From an uncultured Gemmatimonadaceae bacterium (GTDB taxonomy: Bacteria > Gemmatimonadota > Gemmatimonadetes > Gemmatimonadales > Gemmatimonadaceae): a stretch of 64,000 nt of DNA. The translations under genes were made by a program, and so were the position numbers. The notes beneath the pieces are model-generated. The model ran no database searches. It was given only the letters and a program-made list of their open reading frames with translations, and was not told the origin of the DNA. Positions 1-10,331 of the stretch are shown here, piece by piece (the stretch's first letter is position 1; every line of letters starts with the position of its first letter). The DNA is taken from NCBI GenBank assembly GCA_963817955.1, contig CAWFQK010000002.1, positions 864,001-928,000 of the forward strand. Reading direction: 5' to 3'.

Positions 1-261
1 GATCTCGACGGGCGAGATTCGGTAGAGCTGGCCGTATCGGACACGGGCTGCGGCATTCCGCGCGAGCAATTGGCGCACATCTGGGACCCGTACATGACGT
101 CGAAGCCCGGCGGCACAGGATTGGGATTGGCCATCGCTCGTCAGACGGTGCTGGCGCACGACGGACAGGTGACGGCCGAGAGTACCATTGGCGAGGGAAC
201 GGAAATTCGATTCGTGCTGCCGGTGGCTGGCAGACATAACGGGGGACAGAATGGCGATTGA
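1..261 (+). CDS. Sensor histidine kinase, C-terminal HATPase part (5' truncated by window)
   Basis: Frame open from base 1; G1/G2 boxes VSDTGCGI and KPGGTGLGLAI. Confidence 0.9.
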   Translation, partial: DLDGRDSVELAVSDTGCGIPREQLAHIWDPYMTSKPGGTGLGLAIARQTVLAHDGQVTAESTIGEGTEIRFVLPVAGRHNGGQNGD

Positions 262-529
262 TGGCGTAGCGGTTCCGATCGTGTTGTTCGTATCCGTCGC
301 GGTCACGGCGATCGGCATGCCGCTGGCGAAAGCGTACGCCAAGCGCGTCGATCGCGATCCGCGGCCGTCGGTGCCGCCAGACGTGACCGCGCGACTCGAG
401 CGCATGGAGCAGGCGCTCGACACGATTGCGGTGGAAGTCGAACGCATTTCGGAGGGGCAGCGTTTCACCACGAAACTGCTCGCCGAACGCGGGACGACGG
501 TAGACAATTCTCCGGAGCGGCGCGCATGA
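251..529 (+). CDS. Small membrane protein (TM helix + coiled coil), paralog 1
   Basis: ATG at 251 overlaps kinase end; hydrophobic N-terminus then VTARLERMEQALDTIAVEVERISEGQRF. Confidence 0.75.
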   Translation: MAIDGVAVPIVLFVSVAVTAIGMPLAKAYAKRVDRDPRPSVPPDVTARLERMEQALDTIAVEVERISEGQRFTTKLLAERGTTVDNSPERRA

Positions 530-852
530 CCGGTATTTTCTTCCTCGCAGCATTGCAGGGGCCGCCCGATATTCCCCCCGGCGCCATCGAAATCGTACAG
601 GCGTTCTGCGTCTCGATCGTGGTGATCGCCCTTGGCATTCCGATCATTCGCGCCATCACGCGTCGCTGGGAGCGGGCGCCGCTGCCGCCGGCGACCTCGG
701 CCGACGTCACGGCGCGACTCGAGCGCATCGAGCAGGCGGTGGAGTCGGTCGCGATCGAAGTCGAGCGCATCGCCGAGGCACAACGCTTCGTCGCGAAGCT
801 GATGGCGGAGCAACAGGCACAGCGCCTGACCGAGCCGGACGCTTCACCGTAA
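526..852 (+). CDS. Small membrane protein (TM helix + coiled coil), paralog 2
   Basis: ATGA overlap; VTARLERIEQAVESVAIEVERIAEAQRF matches the upstream paralog. Confidence 0.75.
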   Translation: MTGIFFLAALQGPPDIPPGAIEIVQAFCVSIVVIALGIPIIRAITRRWERAPLPPATSADVTARLERIEQAVESVAIEVERIAEAQRFVAKLMAEQQAQRLTEPDASP

Positions 853-858
853 GCGCGC

Positions 859-2241
859 ATGCCGAGCGTTCTGATCATCGACGACGAGCCGAACATCCGG
901 CGTATGGTAGGCGCGCTGCTGAGCGCTGAAGGTTACGAGGTGCGGGACGCACAGGACGGTGCCTCCGGGCTGGCGCGTGCCATGGAAGCCGAGCCCGACG
1001 TGTTGTTGCTCGATCTGATGATGCCCGGTGGGCTCGATGGAATGGCGACGCTGGCGCGGATGCGCGAATCGCACCCCGACGTGCCCGTGGTGATGATGAG
1101 CGGACGCGCGGGACTGAGCGACGCCGTGAAGGCGACCAAGCTCGGCGCGTTCAATTTTCTCGAAAAGCCGTTGAGTCCCGAGGGCGTGCTGCTCGCCTTG
1201 TCGTCGGCGATGGAGCTGCGCCTGGCGCGCCGCGAAGCGAAAGCGCTGCGCGCCGATCTCGGATTGAGCGGCGAGATGATCGGCGATAGTCCGGCGCTGA
1301 TGCAAGTGCGCGCAATGATCGACCGCGTGGCGCCCACGGACGCGCGGGTCCTGATCACGGGCGAGTCGGGAACGGGTAAGGAGTTGGTGGCCGCGGCGAT
1401 CCACGCCGGCAGTCCGCGGCGCGACCGGCCGTTCGTTCGCGTGAACTGCGCGGCGATCCCGCGCGATCTCGTGGAGAGTGAGATGTTCGGGCATGAGCGC
1501 GGCGCATTCACCGGGGCGACCGATCGCCGCATCGGACGGTTCGAGCTGGCGAACCGCGGCACGCTGCTGCTCGACGAAGTGGGCGACCTCGGCGCGGAAG
1601 CCCAGGCCAAGCTGTTGCGGGCGATCGAGGCGAAGGAAATCGAACGCGTGGGCGGTGGCAAGCCAATCCGCGTCGACGTGCGCATCATCTCGGCGACGAA
1701 CAAGGACCTGTCGCGCGCGGTGCTCGACGGCAGCTTTCGCGACGATCTGCTCTTCCGTCTCAATGTCATTCCAATTCCCCTGCCGCCGCTACGCGAGCGT
1801 CCCGGGGACATTCCAGCCCTCGTGCGCCATTTTTCGGTGCTGCACAGGATGCGCACCGGCCAACCGCTGCCGGCGTGGAGTGATGAGGCGATCAACGCCC
1901 TCACGCGCTACGGTTGGCCGGGAAATGTCCGGGAGTTGGCGAACATCGTGGAACGCCTGGCAATCCTGTACCCAGGGCGCGTCGTGACGGACGAGGATGT
2001 AGCCGCCGTCTTGCCGATCGGCAACGCTGCGCGGCCGAGTACGGTCGTGTCCCTTCCGAATCCCGAGTTGCTCGATCATTCGCTCAGTGACACACTCGAC
2101 GAGTACGAGCGTGTGCTCATATCGCGCGCGCTGTCGACGACGAGCGGCAACGTGGCTGAAGCGGCGCGTCGGCTGAAGACCGATCGACCTAACCTCTATC
2201 GCCGCATGCGGCGGCTGGGCATTCCAGTCGGCAATGACTGA
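859..2241 (+). CDS. Sigma54-dependent response regulator (NtrC/NtrX family: REC-AAA+-HTH)
   Basis: IIDDE receiver, GESGTGKE Walker A, GAFTGA loop, WPGNVREL, Fis-type HTH. Confidence 0.95.
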   Translation: MPSVLIIDDEPNIRRMVGALLSAEGYEVRDAQDGASGLARAMEAEPDVLLLDLMMPGGLDGMATLARMRESHPDVPVVMMSGRAGLSDAVKATKLGAFNFLEKPLSPEGVLLALSSAMELRLARREAKALRADLGLSGEMIGDSPALMQVRAMIDRVAPTDARVLITGESGTGKELVAAAIHAGSPRRDRPFVRVNCAAIPRDLVESEMFGHERGAFTGATDRRIGRFELANRGTLLLDEVGDLGAEAQAKLLRAIEAKEIERVGGGKPIRVDVRIISATNKDLSRAVLDGSFRDDLLFRLNVIPIPLPPLRERPGDIPALVRHFSVLHRMRTGQPLPAWSDEAINALTRYGWPGNVRELANIVERLAILYPGRVVTDEDVAAVLPIGNAARPSTVVSLPNPELLDHSLSDTLDEYERVLISRALSTTSGNVAEAARRLKTDRPNLYRRMRRLGIPVGND

Positions 2242-2267
2242 GGTTGCCCTCGACCATTCTTTAGGGA

Positions 2268-3983
2268 GTGCACATGCGTAGGATTGTGATCGCGCTGTTC
2301 CTGGCGATGTCGGCGGCGGCGGTCGGTGCGCAAGCCCAGCCGTCCGATCGGCAGCGATTGCCGCGCGAGATAGAGCAGGAAGTGGTGAGCAGGTGGAACA
2401 ACCCCGTCGCGCTCCGTGCGTCCGACCGTCTGGAGATTGCTGCGGGACGTGAGGTACGCGGCGACATCGCGGTGTTGCACGGGCCGCTGTTCATCGCCGG
2501 ACATGTCACGGGAAATGTGCTCGCGATCAACGCCGATGTGCTGCTCGAACGGAGCGCACGCATCGACGGCAATCTGCTCGTGGTTGGAGGGGAGATCGAG
2601 GGGCGTGGGATTGCGCGCGTCGATGGATCGATCCGCATCTACCGGCAGGCGCTCGCCTATCGTGAAGAGGGCGAGCAGATCGCTGCGGCAGATGATCAGG
2701 CGGAGAGCAGCGACAATTGGTGGCAACGATTCGAGCGCGAGCAGGAGCAAAGCTGGAGAGACGTGCTGCGCGTGGCGCAGGCGGGCCCGTACAATCGTGT
2801 GGAAGGTTTGCCGATCCAGATGGGACCGGCATTCTACCGCCGGACGTCGTGGGGAAGCGCGCGTTTTTCTGCGGCTGGTGTGCTGCGCACCGGCAGCAGT
2901 TTTTCCGGAGCCGGAGACATCGGTCACGACGTGAGCGCGGAGGTGCGACGCGGGCACGACAGTGGTATTGGCGTTGGCGGGCGACTGTTCAACGTCGTCC
3001 AGCCTGTGGAGCAGTGGCAGATGTCGAATCTCGAGGTGGCCCTGGCGTCCTTCCTGTTCCGACGCGATTACCGCGACTACTTCCAGCGGCACGGCGGCGA
3101 CGCGTTCGTGCGCTTGTATGGCTCGGGCGATCTCACGTTCACCGGTACGTTCGGTGAGGAGCGCTGGGCGTCGCGCAAGGCAATGAATCCGTTCACGATG
3201 TTCAATGCTGACGACCCGTGGCGCGCGAATCCGGGAGTGGACGAGGGGCTATTCCACATCGGTAGCGCGGCGCTGAACTTCGACACGCGCACGGACCCGG
3301 ACGATCCGTGGTCTGGCTGGTTCGTGAGCGCCGACGTGGAACACGGGCGTGGGACTGTGGTTCGCTCACCCATGCCCAGCGGCATCGTGTCGGCGGCAGG
3401 CGCCAGCGGCCCAACCGAGTACACGCGTGGGTTCTTTGACGTGCGCCGCTACAACCGCCTTGGCCCCGATGCGCAGTTCAACATGCGCGTGGTACTTGGC
3501 GGCTGGCTTGGCGGCGACCCGCTGCCGCTCGAGCGCCGGCTTTCCGTGGATGGACCGGGTGCATTGCCCGGCTTCGACTTCCGCAACATGGACGCACAGC
3601 CGGACGTTGCGACATGCAACACGTTTGCGTTCGGGATAGACCTCGCGACGCGCTGTGAACGTATTGCGTTGGCGCAAGTCGAGTACCGCGGCGATTTGCG
3701 CATGGACTTCACGAGTGGCTGGCGCGGCTTCCCACGCAGCTATCACACCGGACACGGTGGCGCTGCCTGGGTGTTGTTTGCCGACGCAGGCCGCGGCTGG
3801 ATCGTGGGTCCTTCCGACGGAACGCTGACATATGGGCGCAGTACGCTGCCTCCTTTGTCAAGTTATCGATCGGATATCGGTGGCGGTCTCGATTTCGGGG
3901 GGCTCGGATTCTACGCGGCCAAGGCCCTGTCCCCTGCGTCGCCGCCGGTGAATTTCTTCGTCAGACTCCGGCATCGCTTCTGA
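2268..3983 (+). CDS. Outer-membrane beta-barrel protein (BamA/TamA-like C-terminus, short beta-helix-like N-domain)
   Basis: Signal peptide, YNRVEGL motif, amphipathic strands, terminal Phe. Confidence 0.7.
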   Translation: MHMRRIVIALFLAMSAAAVGAQAQPSDRQRLPREIEQEVVSRWNNPVALRASDRLEIAAGREVRGDIAVLHGPLFIAGHVTGNVLAINADVLLERSARIDGNLLVVGGEIEGRGIARVDGSIRIYRQALAYREEGEQIAAADDQAESSDNWWQRFEREQEQSWRDVLRVAQAGPYNRVEGLPIQMGPAFYRRTSWGSARFSAAGVLRTGSSFSGAGDIGHDVSAEVRRGHDSGIGVGGRLFNVVQPVEQWQMSNLEVALASFLFRRDYRDYFQRHGGDAFVRLYGSGDLTFTGTFGEERWASRKAMNPFTMFNADDPWRANPGVDEGLFHIGSAALNFDTRTDPDDPWSGWFVSADVEHGRGTVVRSPMPSGIVSAAGASGPTEYTRGFFDVRRYNRLGPDAQFNMRVVLGGWLGGDPLPLERRLSVDGPGALPGFDFRNMDAQPDVATCNTFAFGIDLATRCERIALAQVEYRGDLRMDFTSGWRGFPRSYHTGHGGAAWVLFADAGRGWIVGPSDGTLTYGRSTLPPLSSYRSDIGGGLDFGGLGFYAAKALSPASPPVNFFVRLRHRF

Positions 3984-3985
3984 TC

Positions 3986-4612
3986 ATGCGATTCGTCTGG
4001 ACGCTCGCGGCACTATTGTGGGCAGCGCCACTCCTGGCGCAGCGCGACCGCGTGCAGCTGGACATCTCGGTCGACCCAGCCGCGGCGCTGCAGGAAGGAC
4101 CGATCATTGTGACGAGCAATCTGCTCGCCGACAGCAAGACACGGGAGCTCCTGCGCACCTTTCCCGCGCGGATTCACTATCGGGTGGAATTGTGGCGGAA
4201 GGGCGGGTGGTTCGACGAACCAAGCGGTCGCACCGAATGGGATGTGCTCGTCCAATACGATCCGACACTGCAGATCTACAACGTGATCCGGACACTGGGC
4301 GATCAGATGCTCGAGAATTTCGGCGGCTTCGCCACGCTGACCGCGGCGGAGGCGCAGTTCAGCCGCCCCTTCCGAGCGCCGCTGCACCCGAGCCGGTCGG
4401 GGCGGTATTACTACAACCTGATTGTCGACGTCCAAACATTGTCGGAGAGCGACCTCGGCGCGTTACAGGAATGGCTGCGCGGCCCTTCGGCCCCTGGAAA
4501 GAGCAACCCGCTCACCGCGCTTCGCAGCGGGCTCGGCACGTTGCTCACGCGAGTCCTGGGCGGAGACAAGCGGCATTACGAGACGCGCTCGGAGGTGTTC
4601 CGGATTCAGTGA
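3986..4612 (+). CDS. Secreted protein, DUF4390-like
   Basis: Signal peptide; 2 bp after upstream stop; FPARIHYRVELWR motif. Confidence 0.55.
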   Translation: MRFVWTLAALLWAAPLLAQRDRVQLDISVDPAAALQEGPIIVTSNLLADSKTRELLRTFPARIHYRVELWRKGGWFDEPSGRTEWDVLVQYDPTLQIYNVIRTLGDQMLENFGGFATLTAAEAQFSRPFRAPLHPSRSGRYYYNLIVDVQTLSESDLGALQEWLRGPSAPGKSNPLTALRSGLGTLLTRVLGGDKRHYETRSEVFRIQ

Positions 4613-4654
4613 GTGCGCGTGCCAGGCCTGATGCCGGCCGCGCACGTCAAAACA

Positions 4655-5263
4655 CTAGCGAGCTGTGCGGACGTTCCGATCTTCGAGCTGCTCGAGATGG
4701 TGCAGCACGTCGCTGCCGTAAAACGTCCGGATATAGCGCGCCTGCGTTGGCGTGAGACGGCGAACCGCCCAGCTCAAGTGTACGAAATGCGGCTCGACCG
4801 GATGCGTGAGTGGATGCATGCCGATCTCATCGGGCAACCGATTTCCCTTACGCGTGTTGCACGGGCTGCACGCCGCAACGACGTTCGTCCACTCGTTGCT
4901 TCCGCCACGCGACAGCGGGATGAGGTGATCGCGCGTGAGCGCCTCTCGCGGCTTGAACTCGGTCATGTGCCGACCACAGTACTGACAGCGGTACTGATCG
5001 CGCGCGAACAGGAACGTGTTCGTCACCTGGCGCCGGAAACGCCGGGGGACGTGAATGAACTTGGTGAGACGAATCACTGCCGGACGCGGCATAGTGAGAC
5101 GCTCCGAGCGCACGACCCGGTCTTGATCCGCCTCGACGATCTCGGCTTTGCCATCGATCACGAGGCGAAGGGCCCGGCGCATGGGGACCATCGTCAGCGG
5201 TTCGTAAGACGCGTTCAGTGCCAGGCAACCGAGGACCACGCACACCTCCGAGGGCCGGTACAC
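4655..5263 (-). CDS. HNH endonuclease (McrA-like); start may be ~5240
   Basis: LALNASYEPL, RDQYRCQYCG, LTRDHLIPLSRGG, ACSPCNTRKG. Confidence 0.9.
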   Translation of the reverse strand: MYRPSEVCVVLGCLALNASYEPLTMVPMRRALRLVIDGKAEIVEADQDRVVRSERLTMPRPAVIRLTKFIHVPRRFRRQVTNTFLFARDQYRCQYCGRHMTEFKPREALTRDHLIPLSRGGSNEWTNVVAACSPCNTRKGNRLPDEIGMHPLTHPVEPHFVHLSWAVRRLTPTQARYIRTFYGSDVLHHLEQLEDRNVRTAR

Positions 5264-5422
5264 AAACTCCCGCCAGAAACGTCAGGCGCGAGCAGGAACG
5301 GGCAGAGTGCGCCACGTCCCACGGCGTGCCGAAGCACGCGTCGGAAGGTTCTACACATCAAAGCTATTCCGGTGTCACGTAGGCGACAAGTTACTGTCCC
5401 CATCGAGCGCATTGCGACTGAC

Positions 5423-6179
5423 TCAAGTACTCGTCCGCGAACCGTGGCGCCGCGGATCGTAGAGCTCCTCGTCGGCCACGCCAATCGTCCGCGCCAGGGT
5501 GAGCGGGTGCGTGATGCGTGCCACCTGCTCCAGCGTGTGCCCATCCGAGCCCAGCGAGATTCGCAAGCCGCGATCGACAGCGCGACGAACGATGCGCTCG
5601 TGCGGCGGATAGCGCGAAGAGATCTCGAACGCAATTCCGGCAGCGAACAACGCGTCGATCATGCGCGCCTCGTGCTCCTCCGTCCACAACTCGTCGATCG
5701 GGCAGGCCGCGGAATGGCAGCGTGACGAGCGTGGGATGCGCCAGAATGTCCACTGGCATCTCGCGAGCAAACTGCTCGAGTGTCTCGAGGTGTGCGCGCA
5801 TGTAACGCTCCACCGTGAGTCCGCCGGGGAGATGATGTGAGAAAGCATGGACCAGCCTGTCGTCGGGCAACCGGACCGCATGGAGCGATCCGACCCGGTG
5901 CGTGAAGCGGCGCACGAGATCGTCAGGGAGCTCGCGCCAGAGTGGGTCGTGCCAGCAGAACTCGCCTCCACGCAGCACCTCGTGTCGCTCCAGCTCGTCG
6001 AGGTACGTGATGACGTCCTCAACGCTGGTGATGCTGCGAGCGACGTCGCGCGAGATGTGGTCGGCGACAGACGGGACCACACCCAATGCGGCTCCGCGCT
6101 CGACCACCTGTGCCACGGTGATCGCGCCGTCGGAAAATGTCGTATGCGCGTGGCAGTCGACGGGCTGCCAGGTGGTCAT
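5423..6179 (-). pseudogene. PHP-domain (histidinol-phosphatase-like) hydrolase, +1 frameshift at ~5700
   Basis: DCHAHTTFSDG, ADH and ILAHP in one frame; FEISSR and LGSDGH in another; switch at G-run 5700-5702 (may be a sequencing error). Confidence 0.8.
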
Positions 6180-6647
6180 TTCTATGTGCTCGGCTAACGG
6201 GTGCGAGGGGATGACCGTGCGCGTGCGACGGCGCGTGCGACGTGCAAACTATGATACCGGCCGTGCGTTGGCGATGGGAATGCGTCGGAGAGACGGAACG
6301 CGGGACGCGGGACAACGCGTTTTCGGCCAACGACCAAAGTCGAAAGACCAGCAGCCGTGGGCGATCGACCGGCCGTTGGCTGATGGCTGATGGCCTCCTG
6401 GTGATTCTTTCACTGCCTCCGCTGCTGCGGCGATCTGCATGATCAAATTGGTCGGCGGGCCGCCGTCGATCAGCACAGCCTCGTGCCACCGGACGCTTCG
6501 GCGGAGCGTCTCCAATGTCTTGCCTTCACGGTATTTCGTATGGCCTCCACCTGGCGACGGGGACGCTGAATAAGAACTACACCCCGGCGAGCGCCGCACG
6601 CGCCGGAGTGAAGAGCGAGCAACAGGCGTGCGACGTGTCGCGATTGC

Positions 6648-6752
6648 CGTCGGAAGCGACCGAATGGTCGTCGGAAGCGACCGAATGGTCGTCGGAAGCG
6701 ACCGAATGGTCGTCGGGAGTGACCGAATGGTCGTCGGAACCGACGGAGTCGT
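6648..6752. repeat. 21-bp tandem repeat CGTCGGAAGCGACCGAATGGT (3 exact + 2 degenerate copies)
   Basis: Read directly; units start at 6648, 6669, 6690, 6711, 6732. Confidence 0.95.
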
Positions 6753-7606
6753 CTTCGGAAGAGTTGGAGTCGCGTTCAGACCAGTCGGTGTCTGCGTGAG
6801 AAGCGGTGGTCTTGCCTGTCACGCGAGGAGTCCGTCCTCGACACGACGGCCTGCGAGCTTCACGATCGGGCGTGGCGCCTGCACAAGAGACGATTCCATC
6901 GGCTACGTCAGCCATCCCTGCTGTTACGTCAGCCATTCCTGCTGAACGCGAGCGACTGGGTCGTGCACGCCGATCCATTGGCTGTGGACGCGGACCCATT
7001 CCACGTTGACACGAGTCTATTCCACGTCGACACAGGTGACTCCCTCGTGGCATTGCGACAGAGAGGCCTCAACGCCGGAGAGTCTGAGGTTGACGGCGAC
7101 GACTCCTCGCGTGACTCCCGTTGATCCCTCCGGTACGGCGTGCAGTTGGTGGTGAGCACGCGGGCATCCGAGCTGAACGAGCCGCGAAGCCTCCTGCACG
7201 GCCGCGAGTCCGATGGTGACTGCGAGGGGTTCGTGCTTGCACACAAGAGATTCGTGCTTGCGCGCGAGACGTTCGTGTTTGACCGCGCGCCGTGCCATCT
7301 CACCACGGGCGAGTCACCCCTCGACGCGCGTGGGTTCCACCTCAACCGGAAGGACTCCGCCCTGACCGAGACGCACTCTCAGGTGGACGTCATGGCATCC
7401 CAGCGAACGAAGCGGACATTGCCGGTGGACGCGCGGGAGAGGCTGGTGAACGCGCGGGAGAGGCGTGTTGACGAGAAACGGTCAGGTGTGGCGCGAGCGG
7501 CATTCGGGCTCGACACCGGGGTGTTCCATCTTGACCGGAGTGACTCCGCCCTGAACAGCGGCTAGTGCGAGCTGGATGCGCGGGAGTCCCTGCTCGATCG
7601 GCGCTC

Positions 7607-7732
7607 ATTCGGTCTCGACCGCGAGGACTTCCACCTGCACACGCGTCAATTCGGTCTCGACCGCGAGGGATTCCACCTGCACACGCATCAATTCGGTCTC
7701 GACCGCGAGAGATTCCCTATGAGCGGGCGGGG
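7607..7732. repeat. 42-bp tandem repeat starting ATTCGGTCTCGACCGCGAG (3 units, last degenerate)
   Basis: Units start at 7607, 7649, 7691. Confidence 0.9.
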
Positions 7733-7786
7733 ATCCCACCTGAACACGCGGGCATCCCCTCTGCACGCCGACCGATCCCTTCTCGG

Positions 7787-7817
7787 CACAGAGATCCTTC
7801 GCTCCGCTCAGGATGAC
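7787..7817 (-). repeat. REP-like interspersed element GTCATCCTGAGCGGAGCGAAGGATCTCTGTG
   Basis: Near-identical copy at 18524-18554 on + strand; both lie just downstream of a gene 3' end. Confidence 0.8.
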
Positions 7818-7894
7818 AAAGTACTGCAGTTCTCTGCGTTTCAAAAAACGCCGCGCCATCGTCCCCCAAAATCACACGCAACCCCCCGAAGCCC

Positions 7895-10297
7895 CTAAAT
7901 CGTATCTGGCCGAACTTTGGGCGGCCGGGTGCGCGATGTGTCCGGCCGCCGGGTGCGCGATGTGTCCGGAGGCCGCAGCGTGTCTCGCGGCCGCGAGATG
8001 CGCATGGTGACGGAGTCACGCGGAGGCAGCACGAAGATCGAACTGTCGTTGAATCGGCGTGCGGAGTCGGCTTGTTGCCGCCGCGTCGGCCGGATAGGGG
8101 ACGGCAGGCCGGGGACAACGACGTTCGCGCCTGTTCCACCCGTGGTGTCGTACCGTTGAACTGGCGGCGGGTAGACACCCGATGTATCAGCGGGATACAG
8201 CGTCGCTCCGGTGTGGACGTTACACGGCTGAATGGGTTCCGTACCCGGTAGGTAGAACTCGTTGGCGACCACGTTGCGCGGGCAATACGGCGTCGCCAAC
8301 ATGTTGGTCGTGACGTCGATCTGGCGCACCACGATGTCGCCAGGCATGGGCCAATCGGCAGGCGCGGGCTTCCGCGTGTAGACCTCGTTCATGAACGCGG
8401 TCCACGCCGGCGCGGCGAGAATACCGCCTTGCGCATTCGATTTGATTTTTTGCGGCTTGTCGAAGCCCATCCACACGCCGGCGACGAGATCCGGCGTGTA
8501 GCCAATGAACCAGACGTCCGTCCCATCGTTCGTCGTTCCAGTCTTTCCGCCCGCCGGATAGTGGAACTGCGAGCCGACGCTTCCCGCCGCAGTGCCCCGT
8601 TGCACGACATCCTTCATCACGCTCACCATGAGCCAGGCTTCCTCGGGCGACAGGACGGGCGCGGTGGTCGGCTGCGGCTCCCAGAGGATGTTGCCCTTCT
8701 GATCCTCGACGCGTGTGATGGCCATCGGCTCGGCGCGGGTGCCGAGGGACGCGAAGGCCGTGTAGGCCGCCACCAGTTCCACGGGATAGACATCCGCCGC
8801 ACCGATGAAGATCGAGGGATAACCGGGAATTGGCGTGGTGAGGCCGAACGCCCGGGCCTCGTCGATCACGCTCTGCGTGCCGAGCTCGAGGCCCAATCGG
8901 ATAGTCGGCACGTTGCGCGACTGATAGAGCGCGCGCCGCATGGGGATCTTGCCAACGAAATCACCTTCGAAGTTCTGCGGGGTCCAGGTGGCGTTTCCCG
9001 CCAACTGCACGGTGAGCGGCGAATCGTCGAGCAGGTACGACAGCGGACGTCCGTTGTGAATGGCATCGGCGTAGACAATTGGCTTGAACGTCGATCCCGG
9101 CTGTCGCACCGCCTGCACGGCACGGTCGAACTTGCTGTCGTTGAAGTCACGGCCGCCGACAAGCGCGCGCACGGCACCGGTGCGCGGGTCCATGGCGATG
9201 AATGCGTCCTGGAGGTATGGAGAGTTTGGCGAATCGTTCGGCTCGGTGTCGCTCGTGCGCGCCATGTACCGCTCGTACGACATGTGCGGATACGCGCCGT
9301 AGCGGCCCGCCTCGATGGCGCGAGCTTGCCGCTCGAGACTCCGCTCGGCCGCACCTTGCAGGTCGAGGTCGAGCGTCGTGTAGACCTTCAGGCCCTGCAG
9401 GTAGAGCTGCTTGCCGAACTTTTCATCGAGTTGCTGGCGAATCCACTCCACGAAATACGGCGCCGTCTGCCCCGCGTCCACGCGCGTCGCAAGCCTGAGC
9501 GGATAGGCCTGTGCTTCCCGCGCGTCGGTGGCGCTGACGATACCGGCATCGCGCATGAGGCCGATGACGACATTCCGCCGCTGTATGGCGCGGTCGGGAA
9601 AGAGACGCGGATTGTACCGCTCGGGACCTTTCGGCAACGCGGCGAGGGTCGCCGCTTCCGCCACGTTCAGCTGCTTGAGTGATTTGCCAAAGTACCGCTG
9701 CGCCGCGGTCTCGACGCCATACGCGCCGTTGCCGAGATAGATCTGATTGAGATACAACTCGAGAATCTTGTCCTTGGAGTACTCCTGCTCGATCGCGCGC
9801 GCGACCTTCGCCTCCTTGAGCTTGCGAATGAGCGTTTTGTCGCGGGACAGGCGTTCGGGGAAGATGTTTCGTGCAAGCTGCATGGTGATCGTCGAGAACC
9901 CTTCACTGAAATTCCGGTTCTTGAGATCGGTGAGCGCTGCCCGCGGCACGCTCCGCCAGTCGACCCCGGAATGCTGGTAGAAGCGCTTGTCTTCGGTGAC
10001 GATGAAGGCGTTCCGAACGAGCGGAGGAATGTCGGCAATCTTGGCGAGCGTGCGCCGCTCGAGGCCGATTTCGGCGACGAATCGTCCGTCCGCAGCGTAG
10101 AGCTTGGACGTCTGGCGCGGCTCGTAATCCTTGAGTGCGTCTACCGCAGGACACCGGCCGGCGCGGCAGACCATGGCCCAGCTCGCGTACCCGAACCCGG
10201 CGGAGAACGCCCCGATGAAACACAACAGGAGCAGCAGTCCGCGCGACGCCCGTGGGTGTCGCTGCGTGAACTGCTTGGTAAACGGAATCGTGGGCAT
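7895..10297 (-). CDS. mrcA: Class A penicillin-binding protein (PBP1A family)
   Basis: TM anchor; EDKRF and GFSTITMQL transglycosylase motifs; STFK, SRN, KTG transpeptidase motifs. Confidence 0.92.
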   Translation of the reverse strand: MPTIPFTKQFTQRHPRASRGLLLLLCFIGAFSAGFGYASWAMVCRAGRCPAVDALKDYEPRQTSKLYAADGRFVAEIGLERRTLAKIADIPPLVRNAFIVTEDKRFYQHSGVDWRSVPRAALTDLKNRNFSEGFSTITMQLARNIFPERLSRDKTLIRKLKEAKVARAIEQEYSKDKILELYLNQIYLGNGAYGVETAAQRYFGKSLKQLNVAEAATLAALPKGPERYNPRLFPDRAIQRRNVVIGLMRDAGIVSATDAREAQAYPLRLATRVDAGQTAPYFVEWIRQQLDEKFGKQLYLQGLKVYTTLDLDLQGAAERSLERQARAIEAGRYGAYPHMSYERYMARTSDTEPNDSPNSPYLQDAFIAMDPRTGAVRALVGGRDFNDSKFDRAVQAVRQPGSTFKPIVYADAIHNGRPLSYLLDDSPLTVQLAGNATWTPQNFEGDFVGKIPMRRALYQSRNVPTIRLGLELGTQSVIDEARAFGLTTPIPGYPSIFIGAADVYPVELVAAYTAFASLGTRAEPMAITRVEDQKGNILWEPQPTTAPVLSPEEAWLMVSVMKDVVQRGTAAGSVGSQFHYPAGGKTGTTNDGTDVWFIGYTPDLVAGVWMGFDKPQKIKSNAQGGILAAPAWTAFMNEVYTRKPAPADWPMPGDIVVRQIDVTTNMLATPYCPRNVVANEFYLPGTEPIQPCNVHTGATLYPADTSGVYPPPVQRYDTTGGTGANVVVPGLPSPIRPTRRQQADSARRFNDSSIFVLPPRDSVTMRISRPRDTLRPPDTSRTRRPDTSRTRPPKVRPDTI

Positions 10298-10331
10298 ATG
10301 AGTTCATTCCCCTGTCGTCTAATTTTGTGCC

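Noticed and set aside
6648..7732. Possible CRISPR array
   Set aside because: Units are contiguous tandem copies without unique spacers, and there are no cas genes in the window
7921..7969. 24-bp tandem repeat
   Set aside because: Encodes the low-complexity RPDTSRT tail of PBP1A; ordinary
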